Source of the DNA: Lingula anatina
Lineage: Eukaryota > Animalia > Brachiopoda
Direction: 5' to 3'
DNA: 64,000 nucleotides
NCBI GenBank assembly: GCA_051362555.1
Contig: CM120640.1
Span: 68,240,788-68,304,787 of the forward strand
Shown here in pieces: positions 51,662 through 64,000 of this stretch (the first letter of the stretch is position 1; every line of letters begins with the position of its first letter). The notes under the pieces are model-generated. The model made no database searches, had not been told where the DNA came from, and saw only the letters and a program-made list of their open reading frames with translations. The translations under genes and the position numbers were made by a program.

Positions 51662-51963
51662 GATCGCATTCACAACGAGTTGAGCCAGGCTTTACAAATC
51701 CTGGGGACTAAATATGGCGGACGTACATGAAAGAAAAACCGCCTAATCTTTTAATAGTCTCTCCGCCTCTCACACGCCTCCCCATGTGTCGTCCCAATGG
51801 AGCCGAGATTTAATGACTGTCCCCCCGCAGGGACGACGTGTGGGGAGGCGTGTGAGAGGCGGAGAGACTATTAAAAGATTAGGCGGTTTTTCTTTCATGT
51901 AGGACTGCCATATTTAGTCCCCAGGATTTGTAAAGCCTGGCTCAACTCGTTGTGAATGCGATC
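51662..51963. mobile_element. Foldback MITE / long near-perfect palindrome (~134-bp arms)
   Basis: GATCGCATTCACAACGAGTTGAGCCAGGCTTTACAAATCCTGGGGACTAAATATGGC...CCGCCTCTCACACGCCTCCCCA pairs with its reverse complement ending GTGAATGCGATC; flanked by TAT on both sides (putative 3-bp TSD). Confidence 0.85.
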
Positions 51964-52485
51964 TATGATTGTGCTTACTAAAAGTCTAGTTCACACTTTC
52001 TACTTCATTGGGACATTGCACAATTTGTGCATTATATTTTTATTGAAGATTCCTCAAAAAAGCTCAAGTGGGGAACTGCAATAAGCATCATGGCAAGAAA
52101 AGCAATGGCTCAATTTTCACTTCAAGGTTGGTCATTTGTAAAACCTATTGTACCCAATGATCAAATCCAGTATATTCGGGGTAAAACCAGATGAGGCTAG
52201 TCAACTTTATGGTTACTTTGGGGTCATAGGAAATGATTAGCAATTGTGATTCTTAAAACACTGCAAGAATGCCAAATCTATGATGCCTTCATCTTGATGG
52301 CTATGGTACAATTTGCATCTTATCATATCATAAAGCAACTGCTACAGCATTCTAAGGGAATATGAAATAGAAAGCTCTTACAAGCCAAAATGTAAATGAA
52401 TCTATGTTAACTAAAAAAACTAAAATGTAAATTTTGCAGAATGTTATGAAATGTATTTTTTACTAGGGATTTTAGTTTTGTTGGT

Positions 52486-55400
52486 TTACTGTTCGTCTGA
52501 GGAAGTAGAAATATCACATCCTGCATGAATCCATTTTTTCTGAAAGCTTGTGCCTAAACCTTGAGTGGGTGTGTAAGGGGTTTTATAGAATGTTATGTTG
52601 TCTATTCCCTTTCTTATGGGAGACATACAGTGGTCACACATCCCATCATAAAGTGCTGTTGTTGTAGGTTTCTTATTAGGTGTACTTGGGGTGGAAAAGC
52701 TGGGCTGTGCTTTCCGTTTTGGTGAAACTAATGGAGATTTCATGCTGGTAGTTTGATGGGGCAATCTGGCAACCTCTCTTGTTTTCTGGGCACAAGGCCT
52801 TCTTAGAAAATCATTTTTCAATGGGGAACTGATGGACGGAAGATCGAGTACATCTGTCTCTGAACTTTCTTCAATAGGACGGGCTAGTTCTAAATTTGAC
52901 TTGTCATCTTTTGCCAAAGCTGTTTCCATACTCTCTGCAACACTGAAAAGTTCTGAGTCATTCATCACTGAATTTTCAGAAGCTGTTGGAGTCTGGTCTT
53001 CTAGTTGTGGTGTACTATTTACATCTGTTTCCTTTCTTCCTTCTGCTTTGTTTTGTGTAATTCCCCCTTTGGTTAAACTGTCTTCCTTCTCTTTGTCTGG
53101 AATAAGGAATTCATCACCAGTCTTGACATTTTCAAAGAAAGTCTCACTCCACTCCGACCAACTTTGGCTCTCATTGCTGACTTTTGTATTGGAAGAAACT
53201 TGCACATTATCAGATCTGGGTATAGTAGACCTTGATGAATGCACTTCTGCCTCATTGAAAGACGTTGCTGAAGCAATTTGGTTATTACCTGTTATGTTAG
53301 AAACTGGAAGGTCAGGAATGTCTTGCAATGGTTTCTCTTGACAACGATTGCCATCAGAAGAAAGATGGTTAATCATGCCAGTTGTATGATTAAATCTTAT
53401 CAAACCACTGTCGTCAAAGTATACCGATGATTCCAAAGCATCTTCTTCAGAGGAGTCTACAGCTTGAGCGTATTCAAAATCTAAAGATTCTTCTTTCTTA
53501 CTGATGCTTGGAAGTGCTGGGTTGATAGTCTGCAAATAACAATTTAAAAACTTTGTATATTCTACAGTATGCTAATCAGAACAAGACATGTACAAAGTTC
53601 ATAGATCCTAATTAATCTATAACTTCTAAAAAATCAAAATACATAGTTTACATTATGGGAAATGCATACATTGTAATGTATCCTTGACACTATAATGGGC
53701 TGAATCAGCTGCCCAACTTTCAAATTTTCTAAAACAAGATGCTAAGCCCCAGTCCCTAACCTAAAATAGAAAGGGGGAGGGGCTCAGTGAGTTATCCTAA
53801 ATTTTCTTATTGTGTAAATAAATATATTGTGCCCTCTCAACTCATTTACAGCCAGGACCTGTCTGTGATAATGGAAAAGACCCCATTCCTATACCTAGAT
53901 CAATCTAGCAGGATCTACCCATCTCTGACGGGTTTCTCGCTAAATTACAATTAGCTTAAGCAGCTCTATTATTTGGCATGCCTACTGAAGCTGTCAGGGG
54001 TACCCGACATCTAATTTGCTTAAACTGAATGCAATTTAGCAAGAATCCCTCAAAGATGGGTTGATCCTGCTAGATATGGGAATGGGGTCTAAAATCCATG
54101 TCCTATGCACCAGAAGAGACTTACTTCATCAGGCTTAGCTACTGCATGAGGAACAGCAGGTTTCAGTGATGGGCCATGTATTGTCCTTTTCTTCTTCAAC
54201 TCTCCAATGAGCTTGGTCAGCCTCTCATACAGACTTGTGTTCCTCTTCCTTGCCGCTGTTCCCACTGCGGCCTTAAGCTGGGATTTCTCGGACAGTATGA
54301 TCACCTGCTTCCTGCCCCGTGTCACTGCCGTGTACACGTGCTTCCAGTTCTGGCCGTAGGCTTTGCCCACCACATAGGTGACAGTCTCCGATTCTGAACC
54401 CTGCAAGGTCATACAGCAAGCCAATTTTTATCCTTACATTCTCAGTATAACTTGTTATCTAATCCAATTCTACTGTTAGCTTTAATTGTCTTCATTATAT
54501 TTTTTTATCTTGAGCTTCTTTTAGTAAAGCAATATCAAAACTACAAAGTCTTCAATAAGATATTTTAATAATTGGGCAGGTCTTAAAAGTGCATTTCTAA
54601 TTCACCTATGCACTTTACAGTTAACACCCTCTTCTTCCTCATAACACACACATCCTCTACCTGATAGGTGTGAATAGTCCGTGCCCAGGCATGTCTCAGC
54701 TTACACTGACGCATCACCTCCCTGTAGCAAACTTTTATGATACGCCGATGGTCTGGATCAGGATCTCGGTCATCCAGGACCAGGAATCTTCGTTTGTTGT
54801 TGAATGTTTCCACAGTGATATCCTTCAATATGAAGAACATGCAGTGCATTAGTGTGTTCATATCCTGGCGAGTGATCTGGGGACCAATTTCACAAGAAGA
54901 CTAAAGTTAATTTTTGGACTAAAAAATTAGCAGACTTATTAAGCAGCTTTTTAAAAGAGTATAAGGTCCCTTTATTTCTATTTTATCTCTCTCTCTTTTT
55001 TTTTTTTCTTTTGGGGGGGGGGGGGGGGGGGGGGTTCTACCCAAAACTTTTGATGTAACAGTTTTTGACAAAGTTATTATTCCTACAGTTATACAGTCAG
55101 CTATCCAGTTTTAACAGTTAAAACAAAGTCTCTAAACTTTTGTGAAACAGGTCCCAGTTGGAAAATATGAAAATAACTATGAACTCATTGTTTATCCATA
55201 TAACACAGAAATATCTAGAGCATCTGGTTTAAAATCATATTGTCATCAAAATAAAGTTGATCACAGTCCTGTGTCAATTATAAACTACTTTTAAAGTATT
55301 AAGTCAGCTGCCTTATTTTCAATGTTAGTAAAACTTATGGCATATTGCATTTCAGAATGAATTTTTGTTTTCAAATAAATTGAAAATCTTTCTCCTTGCT

Positions 55401-58400
55401 TAAAGCCTGCTCCTAACACACTTCAACGGTAAATGATGAAAATAAATGTAAATCAGTATTCAAAACTCACATCTTTAATAAAAAACACCTCCCCGTTGCA
55501 CAGCCTAGGCATAAGCTCTTCGTCCTCAGTTTCTGAGTCATTTTCCTGGGAAACAGCTGCACCTGCATTTGTTTCATTCACTGTTTCATCAAAAGTACTT
55601 CCACTAGGCCTGGCACTGCATTCCCCAGCTGCATTTTTCCTCCTTTTGGATCTCCTTTGTACTTTTTCTTTTTGGAAGTGATTTATGACACTTCCATTCT
55701 TTCTGCAGCATACTTTGTCTCCTGGCTGGAAGTTGAATCTGCCTTTTGGATCCTTGATACTATGACCAACATAATGGAGGCAGCAGATCTCATTGATGCA
55801 GTCACAATCTTTACTGAAATTACAATAGTGCAGTTTAAGTAAACAAGTCCAGTGCTTATGCCTTTATCTTATTCAAATATTTTCAGGCTTTTAACTTTCC
55901 ACATATTAATCTATTTAAGTGCTAATATTATAAAAATTTAACATGTTAATATTGCACATGACTAAGAACTATTAAATGTATTTTGTTTTTATAGAAATAG
56001 ACCAAAAGAAATTCATATCCTTTCTGTCATTCTTATTAATTCTTTTATCATCATCAAGTACTTCATTATTGATAACTGTTGTTTCCTCCTTTCCTAAGTC
56101 TATTTGATATCTTTTTATAACTATGCTTGTTACCAGAAGAGAGCAGCATCTGCATGTCTTACTTTCTAAATGCTACAAACTGGGAGTTTTCTACAGTTCC
56201 TATGCACGGATCCTGGCCACTTAACAAACTCCTTACTGCACCACCAGTGCCTGGAATATAAATCATTTACTGATGTTAGTTTCTAATTGCACACACATGT
56301 AATCAATTAGTTAATTTTTTCCCTAATACTTTTAACTAATTCTTTCCTTTGCAAAAATGAAATCACAAGGAGATTGAAGAGAAAAAAAATTAACAGCAGT
56401 GTATATTTCAGATTTAAAGAATAACTGAAGAATACGTTTCAACTATAACACTGATGAATAAAAAACCTACCTGGTCCATCATCATTTTCTGGTATTGTGA
56501 CCTCAAAGAACTTATCCTCTTTGTTAAACAGTGGGACCTCCAACTTAGATATTCTTTCTGCATTCTCAACTATTGCTTTGGATTCACTCCTGTGGTTCTG
56601 TTTTAACAAAATGCTGCATCCACTATCATGTAAAGAATCATACAAATCAGACAGAAAGTTCCCGGGGTCAATAGAAGGCAACTGATGCACATCCCCAAGC
56701 ACAACCAACTTTTTGAGATCTGCATGTTGAAGTAGAAGTTGAAACATATTGTTGAAAAGACAGACAGAAACCAAGCTGGACTCATCCACTACCACTGCTT
56801 TGACATGCTTGAACTTCCATTCAGGATCTTCTTCATTTGAATTTTTTACTTTTTTGAGGTGCATCCTCCAGCTCCAGAGCACCTGGTGCAAAGTGAAGGA
56901 GGGCAGGTGAGAACGCCGGCCAAGAATATTGGCTGCCTTGCCAGTGGGAGCAGTTAGCAGCACTGTAATGTTTGTTTTCACCTTTTGTTTTTCTCCAAAT
57001 TCTTGATTCTCTGGCATATCCATGGCTCTGCTGAATTCCAATTCTGCATCATTTATCATATCTTTCTCTTCATCAAATGGTGTCTTTCCTTCTCTCTCAA
57101 ATCCCTGGTCTTCAGTTTTGTCTAGTTTTTGTGCATGTCTAAACACAGAGCTGACAACAGTTGTCTTCCCACAGCCACCTTTACCTGACAAAACAGTTAC
57201 GGCATTCTGACTGATGACCTGTGCAGCAAGCTTCTGATCCTCATCCTGAGCTATTTGCTGAAACTCAGGCCTAAAATTAAAATATTTACTGGATAATGTA
57301 CCAAGTAAGCCCATTTCTTATGTGTGCTATAAATACAGTGATATGGGCACTTCTTGTTAACCATTTTGTGGAAATACTTGCCCTATTTACACAATAAAAC
57401 TAATAAATGATATCTTTGCAAAGAAAGAATAAACACAAGTGAAAATCTTCAACATCAAAAAAAGTATTTGGCACAAAAAGTGAAAATAAAACCGAAACAA
57501 TTGTATAAACCATTCTCCTGAAAGAAGAAATTTTGATAAGACTGAAACATAAAACTAAAGATAAATAAGTAAGCTTCATGTTGAGCTTTAACTTCAATTC
57601 CATCTTTATCTTTAGGCCATTCTCGGTTTACGCACTCACACCATGTACTACTATTACTTGACAGCTGTGATACATATTATCAAATATTACCTGGCAATAT
57701 CATAATTCCTAAACCGCTCTGGTATCTACATCAAATATTATCTGTCAAAATCATAATTCCTAAAACGCTCTGGTATCTACATCAAATATTACCTGTCAAA
57801 ATCAATGTCAAAGGTCCATGGCTCACATGTCAGCATGGTACCTATCCCTTGCTTGATTTCCTCCTCTGCTTTCCACAAGTACCTCAAATAGACTCTGCCG
57901 TTTTCTCGTACTATTATGTAATTATCCACCAGAAACTGGAATGCTTTGCGGTAGTTGGTCACTTTATGGTCATCCAACTTTTTCGGAGTAATAGAGTTTT
58001 CATACAGGAAGGTATGTCCCTTTCCTCGGCTCTCTTTCTTTAACATGTCATAAATGTACAGGGCATCTTGATGAAGAGGACTCAGTTTATCAAAGATTCC
58101 GCATGCCTTATATGATTGGAGAGTAGCTTCACAGCCAACCACACTGAACTTGTACCTCAAGACCTTGAAAATGTTTAAAGAAACAATATAATGTAAAACA
58201 CCTGTCTTTGCTCATGCAAGAATTTTATTTATCTTTTGTACTTTGGAGTTTTTTTCTTTCATGGAACAAACTTTACACTTACGAAATATGTAAATGCTTT
58301 GGTCTATAACTAAAAATTAGTGAAATAAACCTACTGGACTGAATCCAAAAACCCATGGCTCCTTTGTAAGTGCTTTATTAAATTCCTGACAAATCGTATT

Positions 58401-60522
58401 TTGAAATCTTCTTTTTCCGTCTTTATCACCATCTTGGAGAAAATGCAGAAAATGTCTTGGAAGCAACTGTGGAATCCATCTGAAGAAGTCTTGTAAATTC
58501 TGTGTAAGGTATTTATATACAGTTCCACCACTCTCTGAAGATAAATATCCAATAATGAGATTAAGGACACCAACTAATAAAAACAGTAAGGAACTGACAG
58601 CACAATTGTCTGATTTTATTTGTATGCTAAAATGCAGTAAACAGACAGCAGCAAGAGAAAAGAGAAAATGAACCTACATTTTGTAACCTGCAGATTTTCC
58701 CTCATTGAATAAGCCCACTGTTCTACTATAGACAGTTTTACCTAAAATTCATGAGATGGGTGTTTGCCTACCAGAGCTCTGCAAGTGAGAGATTATATTC
58801 TCGGCCATCCCACTCCTCTCATCATTTGATGGAATGGCTAACTTAAACCTTTCAAGGAGTTCTAGCATGTTTTGAAATGAGACTACCTCTCCCCATGACC
58901 TAAAACAAATTGTCCAAGATAACATATTAGACCAAAATAATGTTCTAATCTATGACACCAAACAAGTGATGAAAATCTCAACAAATTGTAATATGTTTTT
59001 TGTACAATATTGACAATGAACATTAAAGTCCATTAAAGTTATAATTATAAACCATCATATATCAAAAACTTAAACACTGCAATATGTAAGTAAAAACATA
59101 ACAAAAAAAAAAACATTATGAGATATAAATTCAAAGTAAGAGTTTGTATAACATTTAGTCAAAGTGAATAATATATGCTAATTACTTTATTTGCTCAAAA
59201 AAAGCATCCACATGCTGTTTGTCAGCACCAGTCATGGCGTTGGTGAGAAAAAGATACACTAAGTTCTGTGTCTTCACACCTGGATCATCTCTCAGTCTGT
59301 ACTCAGGATTACCTTGAAAACAACATTAAAGCCAATATCATCACATATTCTCCAATAAACTTAGTTGTGGCCTTAAGACTTGGAACAGCTTTGAGCATAA
59401 TCTACAAAATCTTCCCATACTACAACTTTGTTCTGTTTGGTTTATATACCACCACTTTGTTTCTTAGAGAATTATTCAGCCTTCAAGCATTGATACATTT
59501 ACAGGTGCATCTTACCTGCCATAAAACGTAAACCCTTCCTTCTTGTTGTTTTCAAACGCACAGTTGCAGCCCACCAAGGATCTGTCATCAAGAATTTGCC
59601 ACATATATTGATTTCTTTTCCACCTTTGAAAACTTTGAATAAAACTGAAATTGAGATGGAGTTGCACATGTATACGAGTGTTGTAAAAAGTTCCCTGCAA
59701 ACAAAATGTCATGCACATACATACATACATACCCTACTGCCAAAGTAAAATTTTCAACACTGGGTATCAAAATTTTGATGATTTCACATGAATCAGCTGC
59801 TAGGCCACAAATAAAGGTAAATTGTGCAGACAGTGCAGTGTATATTTTCAAAGACAGCTGGACATTTTATATATATATTTTTTAATGACTGCTTGGCTTG
59901 TGGGAACATCCGTGGGCAGCCTTCCTCAGAAAGAAATTTGAAGTTGTGTGTTTCCTCATTACCTAGCTCATTTTGGCCACATGGGTGCTAAAAGTTCTGC
60001 ATGACATAGTGTGGATTTTTAAGGAAGGCATGTGGCAACTACACTGAGACTGAACAGGCTCTGTACAATCACTTTTTAACCGACAATCCAAAATTTTCTA
60101 TCTCATGTCAGCAAAATGGCATCCCCCATCCCACCCTCCTCACTCATGACACTTGGAATACATAAAATTTGGTAGGAAATAAAAGATGGTAGATTTTAAC
60201 GGCCTGTCCTGTACCCCCAATCCTGGGAAAATCCTGGGAAGCCTGCTTGGAGAGGTTTTATCTCTACTAGTACACACGAGAGATTGCATCAAATAAAAAA
60301 ACACGCTATCTCACCCGTTTTTTCGGCCACAGGCTGAGATCTGGCTAAGTTTCCACCATTTTCGACAGTTTCCATTTCGTCCATGTCAAGCATATGAATG
60401 TCGTCGTCCGCTTCTCCTTCTTCAACTTCTTCATCTTCGTCCTTATTCTCACAATCTTCACGACTTGGAAGAAAATATCCATCAACAACTTCAGCAAAAA
60501 GGCTCCTTTTCATTCCCGCCAT
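52486..60522 (-). CDS. HELB: DNA helicase B (SF1B, RecD2-like). Exons 60522-60315, 59644-59516, 59312-59186, 58899-58772, 58573-58335, 58163-57793, 57270-56471, 56250-56163, 55813-55471, 54822-54661, 54400-54125, 53529-52486
   Basis: Acidic N-terminus after GYFLP; GKFLMTDPWW; LLPRHF; EPWVFGF; Walker A SGKGGCGKTTVVS; motif Ia LTAPTGKAA; VVVDESSLV; LGDVHQLPSIDPGNFL; LKQNHRSES; SQFVAFR; GDKVCCRKN; LRHAWARTIHTYQGSE; WKHVYTAVTRGR; S/T-P-rich C-terminal tail. Junction phases are consistent where I checked them. Confidence 0.93.
53878..54090. mobile_element. MITE (family A-related) in last HELB intron
   Basis: TIR AGACCCCATTCC ... GGAATGGGGTCT plus inner inverted TCTAGCAGGATC / GATCCTGCTAGA; left end matches 12560. 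Confidence 0.75.
54877..55157. mobile_element. MITE in HELB intron
   Basis: CTGGGGACCAATTTCACAA at 54877 and TTGTGAAACAGGTCCCAG ending at 55157 are imperfect inverted termini. Confidence 0.55.
57679..57804. repeat. 51-bp tandem repeat (~2.5 copies) spanning a HELB splice donor
   Basis: ATCAAATATTAYCTG.CAA.ATCA starts at 57679, 57730 and 57781. Confidence 0.85.
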
Positions 60523-60572
60523 TTCAAAATGTCAAGTCGCAGGAGGGAAAGAGGTCACCCTATCAAATAAAC

Positions 60573-60745
60573 GGGGCCGTAGCAATAGTCCGAAGGTTCG
60601 ATAGTCCGAAGGTTCATTGGTCCGAATATTCACTATAGAACCTTCGGACCAATGAACCCTTGATTAAAAAATCGATGAAAATGTTACCACTTTTCGGACC
60701 AACGAACCTTCGGACCAATGAACCTTCGGACTATCGAGACGCCCC
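60573..60745. mobile_element. Foldback/Mutator-like MITE with 16-bp internal repeats and 9-bp TSD
   Basis: CAAATAAAC at 60564-60572 and 60746-60754 flanks GGGG...CCCC; arms are built from (AT/TT)RGTCCGAAGGTTCR units in inverted orientation. Confidence 0.8.
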
Positions 60746-60950
60746 CAAATAAACGGAAGCGACCTGTTTCAACATGTTGTTCACAAGAACTTCCGGCTCA
60801 TGGTCTGCACTTCTGCAATTTAACTAGCTCAAATTTTACTTTTGACATGCACCTCTTAATGTAGCCTCAATTAAACCAATAATAATAAATGAATTTGCCA
60901 CAAATTAGCTTTACTATATTCAAAATTACTTGAATTACACTATTTATGCA

Positions 60951-60964
60951 GTTGCCATGGCACC
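60951..60964. promoter_or_regulatory. RFX X-box upstream of CFAP298
   Basis: GTTGCCATGGCACC is one mismatch from the palindromic X-box GTTGCCATGGCAAC and lies just upstream of a putative non-coding first exon (donor GTAAGT at 61040) of a ciliary gene. Confidence 0.7.
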
Positions 60965-61408
60965 GTAGAGTATCTCCGTAGATATAGTCTAGAAACTTCC
61001 TGTGGCATTGCTCTTGTGTCTTTTGAATTTGACTTGTTGGTAAGTAAATTTAATCTTAGGTCTCACTAGGTAGATTTCAGAAATTCTTAGCTCAATGGGT
61101 ATGAGTGCATGTAGTGATATTTTACCTTTTCGAAAATCTGCGTCCTGTGATTTTATCATTTTGCTGCACCAGACCCGTCGGTCAACAGCAGTGGTGTTGG
61201 AGCCGTCATCAGATTTGTTGAAGCAATGATGCAGCAATGTGTGTTTTAAGCGAAAATGCCTTCCATACATTATACGTTAAATATCTTTGTAAATATATAC
61301 TGTCAGTACTGGTAGATTATACCTTTAAGATCTGCACCAGCAATTCATACGGCTCATATGATGTTTTTTCCCTTTCCTCATTTCTGACTGTTTTCAAGAT
61401 CAGTGATA

Positions 61409-62934
61409 ATGGTGAAACTTCACATCAAGAAAGGGGATGAGAGCCGGTTTCTTTATGAGACTACAGTGGACATACCAATTGATGATCTCATGAAAGATGC
61501 AGTGGCAATATACAATGGACAGCTTAAAGTGGAAAGGATATGTGCAGGTTCGAATAGAATTTTATTTTTTAATTTTTTTTATAATAGGAAAAGGAAAGAA
61601 AACTAATAAAGGATTTTTTCTGTCGCATTTAGAATTAACATAATTACATTTATTTCAACTGGTGCATTTTATGGGGGGCATAATGGTTTTTCTTAGAAAA
61701 TTCATTGAAGTAAAAGGACAGTTGAAATTATCCAGTTTAACACCAAGAACCCAGTATTCTCAGTTTACCTGATATGCAATGGCAGCTTAAAAATTAATAT
61801 TTTGTTTAAGATTGAAAATTATAAATAAGCATGTTGGATATTTCATTTATGCTACATATTCTTGTCAACTCTCTTTCAACTGTCATACACATCTCACAAC
61901 TTCTAATGATCCAATATTCAATTCCAAAACTTCTGCAGACATGGATTTCCTTGCCAAACATGGCACTATGCTGCCTCCCAATATGGTGGGACTTACAGAC
62001 GACCAGATTGTTGACTTGAAGCTGAAAGATGAGTGGGCAGACAAATGTGTTCCCAGCGGAGGGTTTGTGGAGAACAAAGACCAGCTTGGAAGACGAAATG
62101 GGAATGGTATGAGATTTGTTTAACTTTTTTCTCCTTGTAGATCTGCAACCTCTGTTAATCTTTATTTTGGTAATTATTCTTGTGATTAATTAAATGTACA
62201 GATGCACTTATACAACGTCCCATGTTTATTTCATGGGGGATATGTTTCATTTTATTTTTAAAAAGCAGGAAAATAGGAGAAAATGTATTTTTGTATTGTC
62301 TTTCAGCTCCAAACGAAAAAATGGCTGAAGTTCTAACAAAAACTATGCAAGAAGCTAAGGATATGGTATCAAAGAAGTTGGCAAAACAAGGGGTCTGTAT
62401 GACTCAGGCTAAAGTAAAAGAAGCAATAGACATTTTACGTGGAGCAGTAATGATAGTGTATCCAATGAACTTGCCTCCACACGATCCAATCAGAATGGAG
62501 TTTGAGAATACTGAAGATTTGGAGGGAACACAGGTGTGTTATTAGACCTACCTGTATAATTGGTCATTTTAATCGTTTGATTCTCTTTAGTCTTTATTTC
62601 TCATGATATCTTTAACTAAAATGTTAGTAAGAAACTTTACTTTGAATGTACTGTTAAGCATCTAATTAATTTTCATGAAAGGCAAATAAAACATTATATG
62701 CTTTTTTTTAATGGAAAAGTTGAGGAGAGAGGTACATGTATTTTAGTTCAAAATTCATAATTTATACCAGGCTGGCCAGGAAGTGTTTTTAGAATCTAAT
62801 GCATCTTTATGGTGGGCTGGAAAGGAACTGCAGAGAGGAAAAAAGTTGATGGATTTTGTTGGCAAGAATGAAAAAACAACCATTGTAGCTAAATTACAAA
62901 AGGTAAAAAGATATCTTTTTATTTTAATCTCCCT

Positions 62935-62978
<44 letters not shown>

Positions 62979-64000
62979 TTTTGAAATAATTTTCATCTTT
63001 CAGAAAACTAATGAACATTATTCCATGACTGATGTCAAGTAACAGCTAATAATGAACTTATTCTTTTAATCAAGGACGTATAAGACAGTTTTGATAAACT
63101 GTGATAAAAGGATGACACTTATAACCAAAATGGATAGATCTCTGTGCTCTTTTTTGAGAAAGAAAGGTAAAGATATGTGCTTTGACTTAGTTTTGACTGC
63201 ATCATAAACCCCCTTCCTCCAATCATTGTTTATGTTTATTTCCTAGAGAGGACTTGGTGCCCCTGCCAGAGAACCAGTAGTGAGTGAGGAGGAACAGAAA
63301 GCCATGATGGCCCATTATTATAGGAAACAAGAGGAGGCAAAGGTACTTCATCTTATGATTTGAATAATATTCATATATTTTTCTAAAATTCATTTATTTC
63401 TTTGACAATTTTTTTTATTATTTTCATTTACAGTATTCTTGTTGCATGTTGGTTTTATTTCTTTGTTATTGTTATTATTATATCTTATTCATTTATTTCT
63501 TTTATTGTTGGGGCAGTCTTTATCAATCATGTTCACACAAATATTAGATTTTGTTCTATAAAAAAGCATGGAAATGCCTCCCCTATCAGGCCCGTAGCCA
63601 GCAATTTCAAAAGGGGGGTTCTTTTTCTGAAAAAGTGGACCTTTTTTTCTATAAAAACTTCATGTACCTAGATCAAATTTTACCCAGAGTGGACCTTTTC
63701 CCAGCAAAAAGGGCAGTTCTTTCGAACCCCCCGAACCCCCCCCTGGCTACGGGCCTGCCTATACTGAACTTCACAATATCTCAAACCCCCCTTTTTCTTC
63801 TGACACATATCAAACCTCAGTTGATGGTAATCATTTTTTACCTCTTTTGTTAAGATGACAGGTCAGAAACAAAATGTTTTTACAATATATCAAAATACAT
63901 GCTATTTTATTTTGAATATATAATGCTTAAATGATATATGATAAGACTTATCAATGGCTCAATCTATATTTTCTTTATCAATTTTTCAGAAATTGGAGGC
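61409..64000 (+). CDS. CFAP298: Cilia- and flagella-associated protein 298 (C21orf59/kurly); 3' end beyond window. Exons 61409-61547, 61939-62106, 62307-62533, 62771-62902, 63247-63342, 63990->64000
   Basis: MVKLHIKKGDESRFL...YNGQLKVERIC; HGTMLPPNMVGLTDDQIVDLKLKDEWADKCVPSGG...GRRNG; LRGAVMIVYPMNLPPHDPIRMEFEN; LWWAGKEL...VGKNEKT; RGLGAPAREPVVSEEEQK. Confidence 0.95.
63587..63757. mobile_element. hAT-like MITE with 5-bp TSD in CFAP298 intron
   Basis: Perfect 15-bp TIR CAGGCCCGTAGCCAG / CTGGCTACGGGCCTG flanked by CCTAT on both sides (63582-63586, 63758-63762). Confidence 0.85.

Noticed and set aside
56439-57314. RecD/Pif1-like helicase ORF as a Helitron Rep/Hel or bacterial HGT gene
   Set aside because: It is one exon of a 12-exon gene with HELB-specific motifs (GKGGCGKT, HAWARTIHT, HELB N-terminal region) and has no HUH Rep domain.
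60573-60745. Short 16-bp repeats as a CRISPR-like or iteron array
   Set aside because: The units are contiguous and inverted between arms, bounded by a 9-bp TSD. It is a foldback MITE.

Overview
Intron-rich, AT-rich eukaryotic genomic DNA, most likely from a lophotrochozoan invertebrate such as a mollusc (inferred from gene structure and repeat types, not proven). Six conserved spliced genes are present: flotillin-2 (-, runs off the left edge) head-to-head with PPP4C (+), serine dehydratase SDS/SDSL (+), ARID1/osa (+), and DNA helicase B (-) head-to-head with CFAP298/C21orf59 (+, runs off the right edge). Between ARID1 and HELB lie two tandem paralogues with intronless CDSs that encode ~250-280 aa seven-transmembrane proteins I cannot assign to a family; these are the best candidate for undescribed biology. 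Non-coding DNA holds many non-autonomous transposons: two inverted Helentron-type HINEs carrying ~146-bp tandem arrays with AGGTCA DR1 motifs, several MITE families, a ~300-bp near-perfect hairpin, and a Mutator-like foldback MITE in the HELB/CFAP298 promoter next to an RFX X-box. I saw no CRISPR array, rRNA or tRNA. Exon coordinates were read by eye and gene names come from remembered homologue sequences, not database searches.
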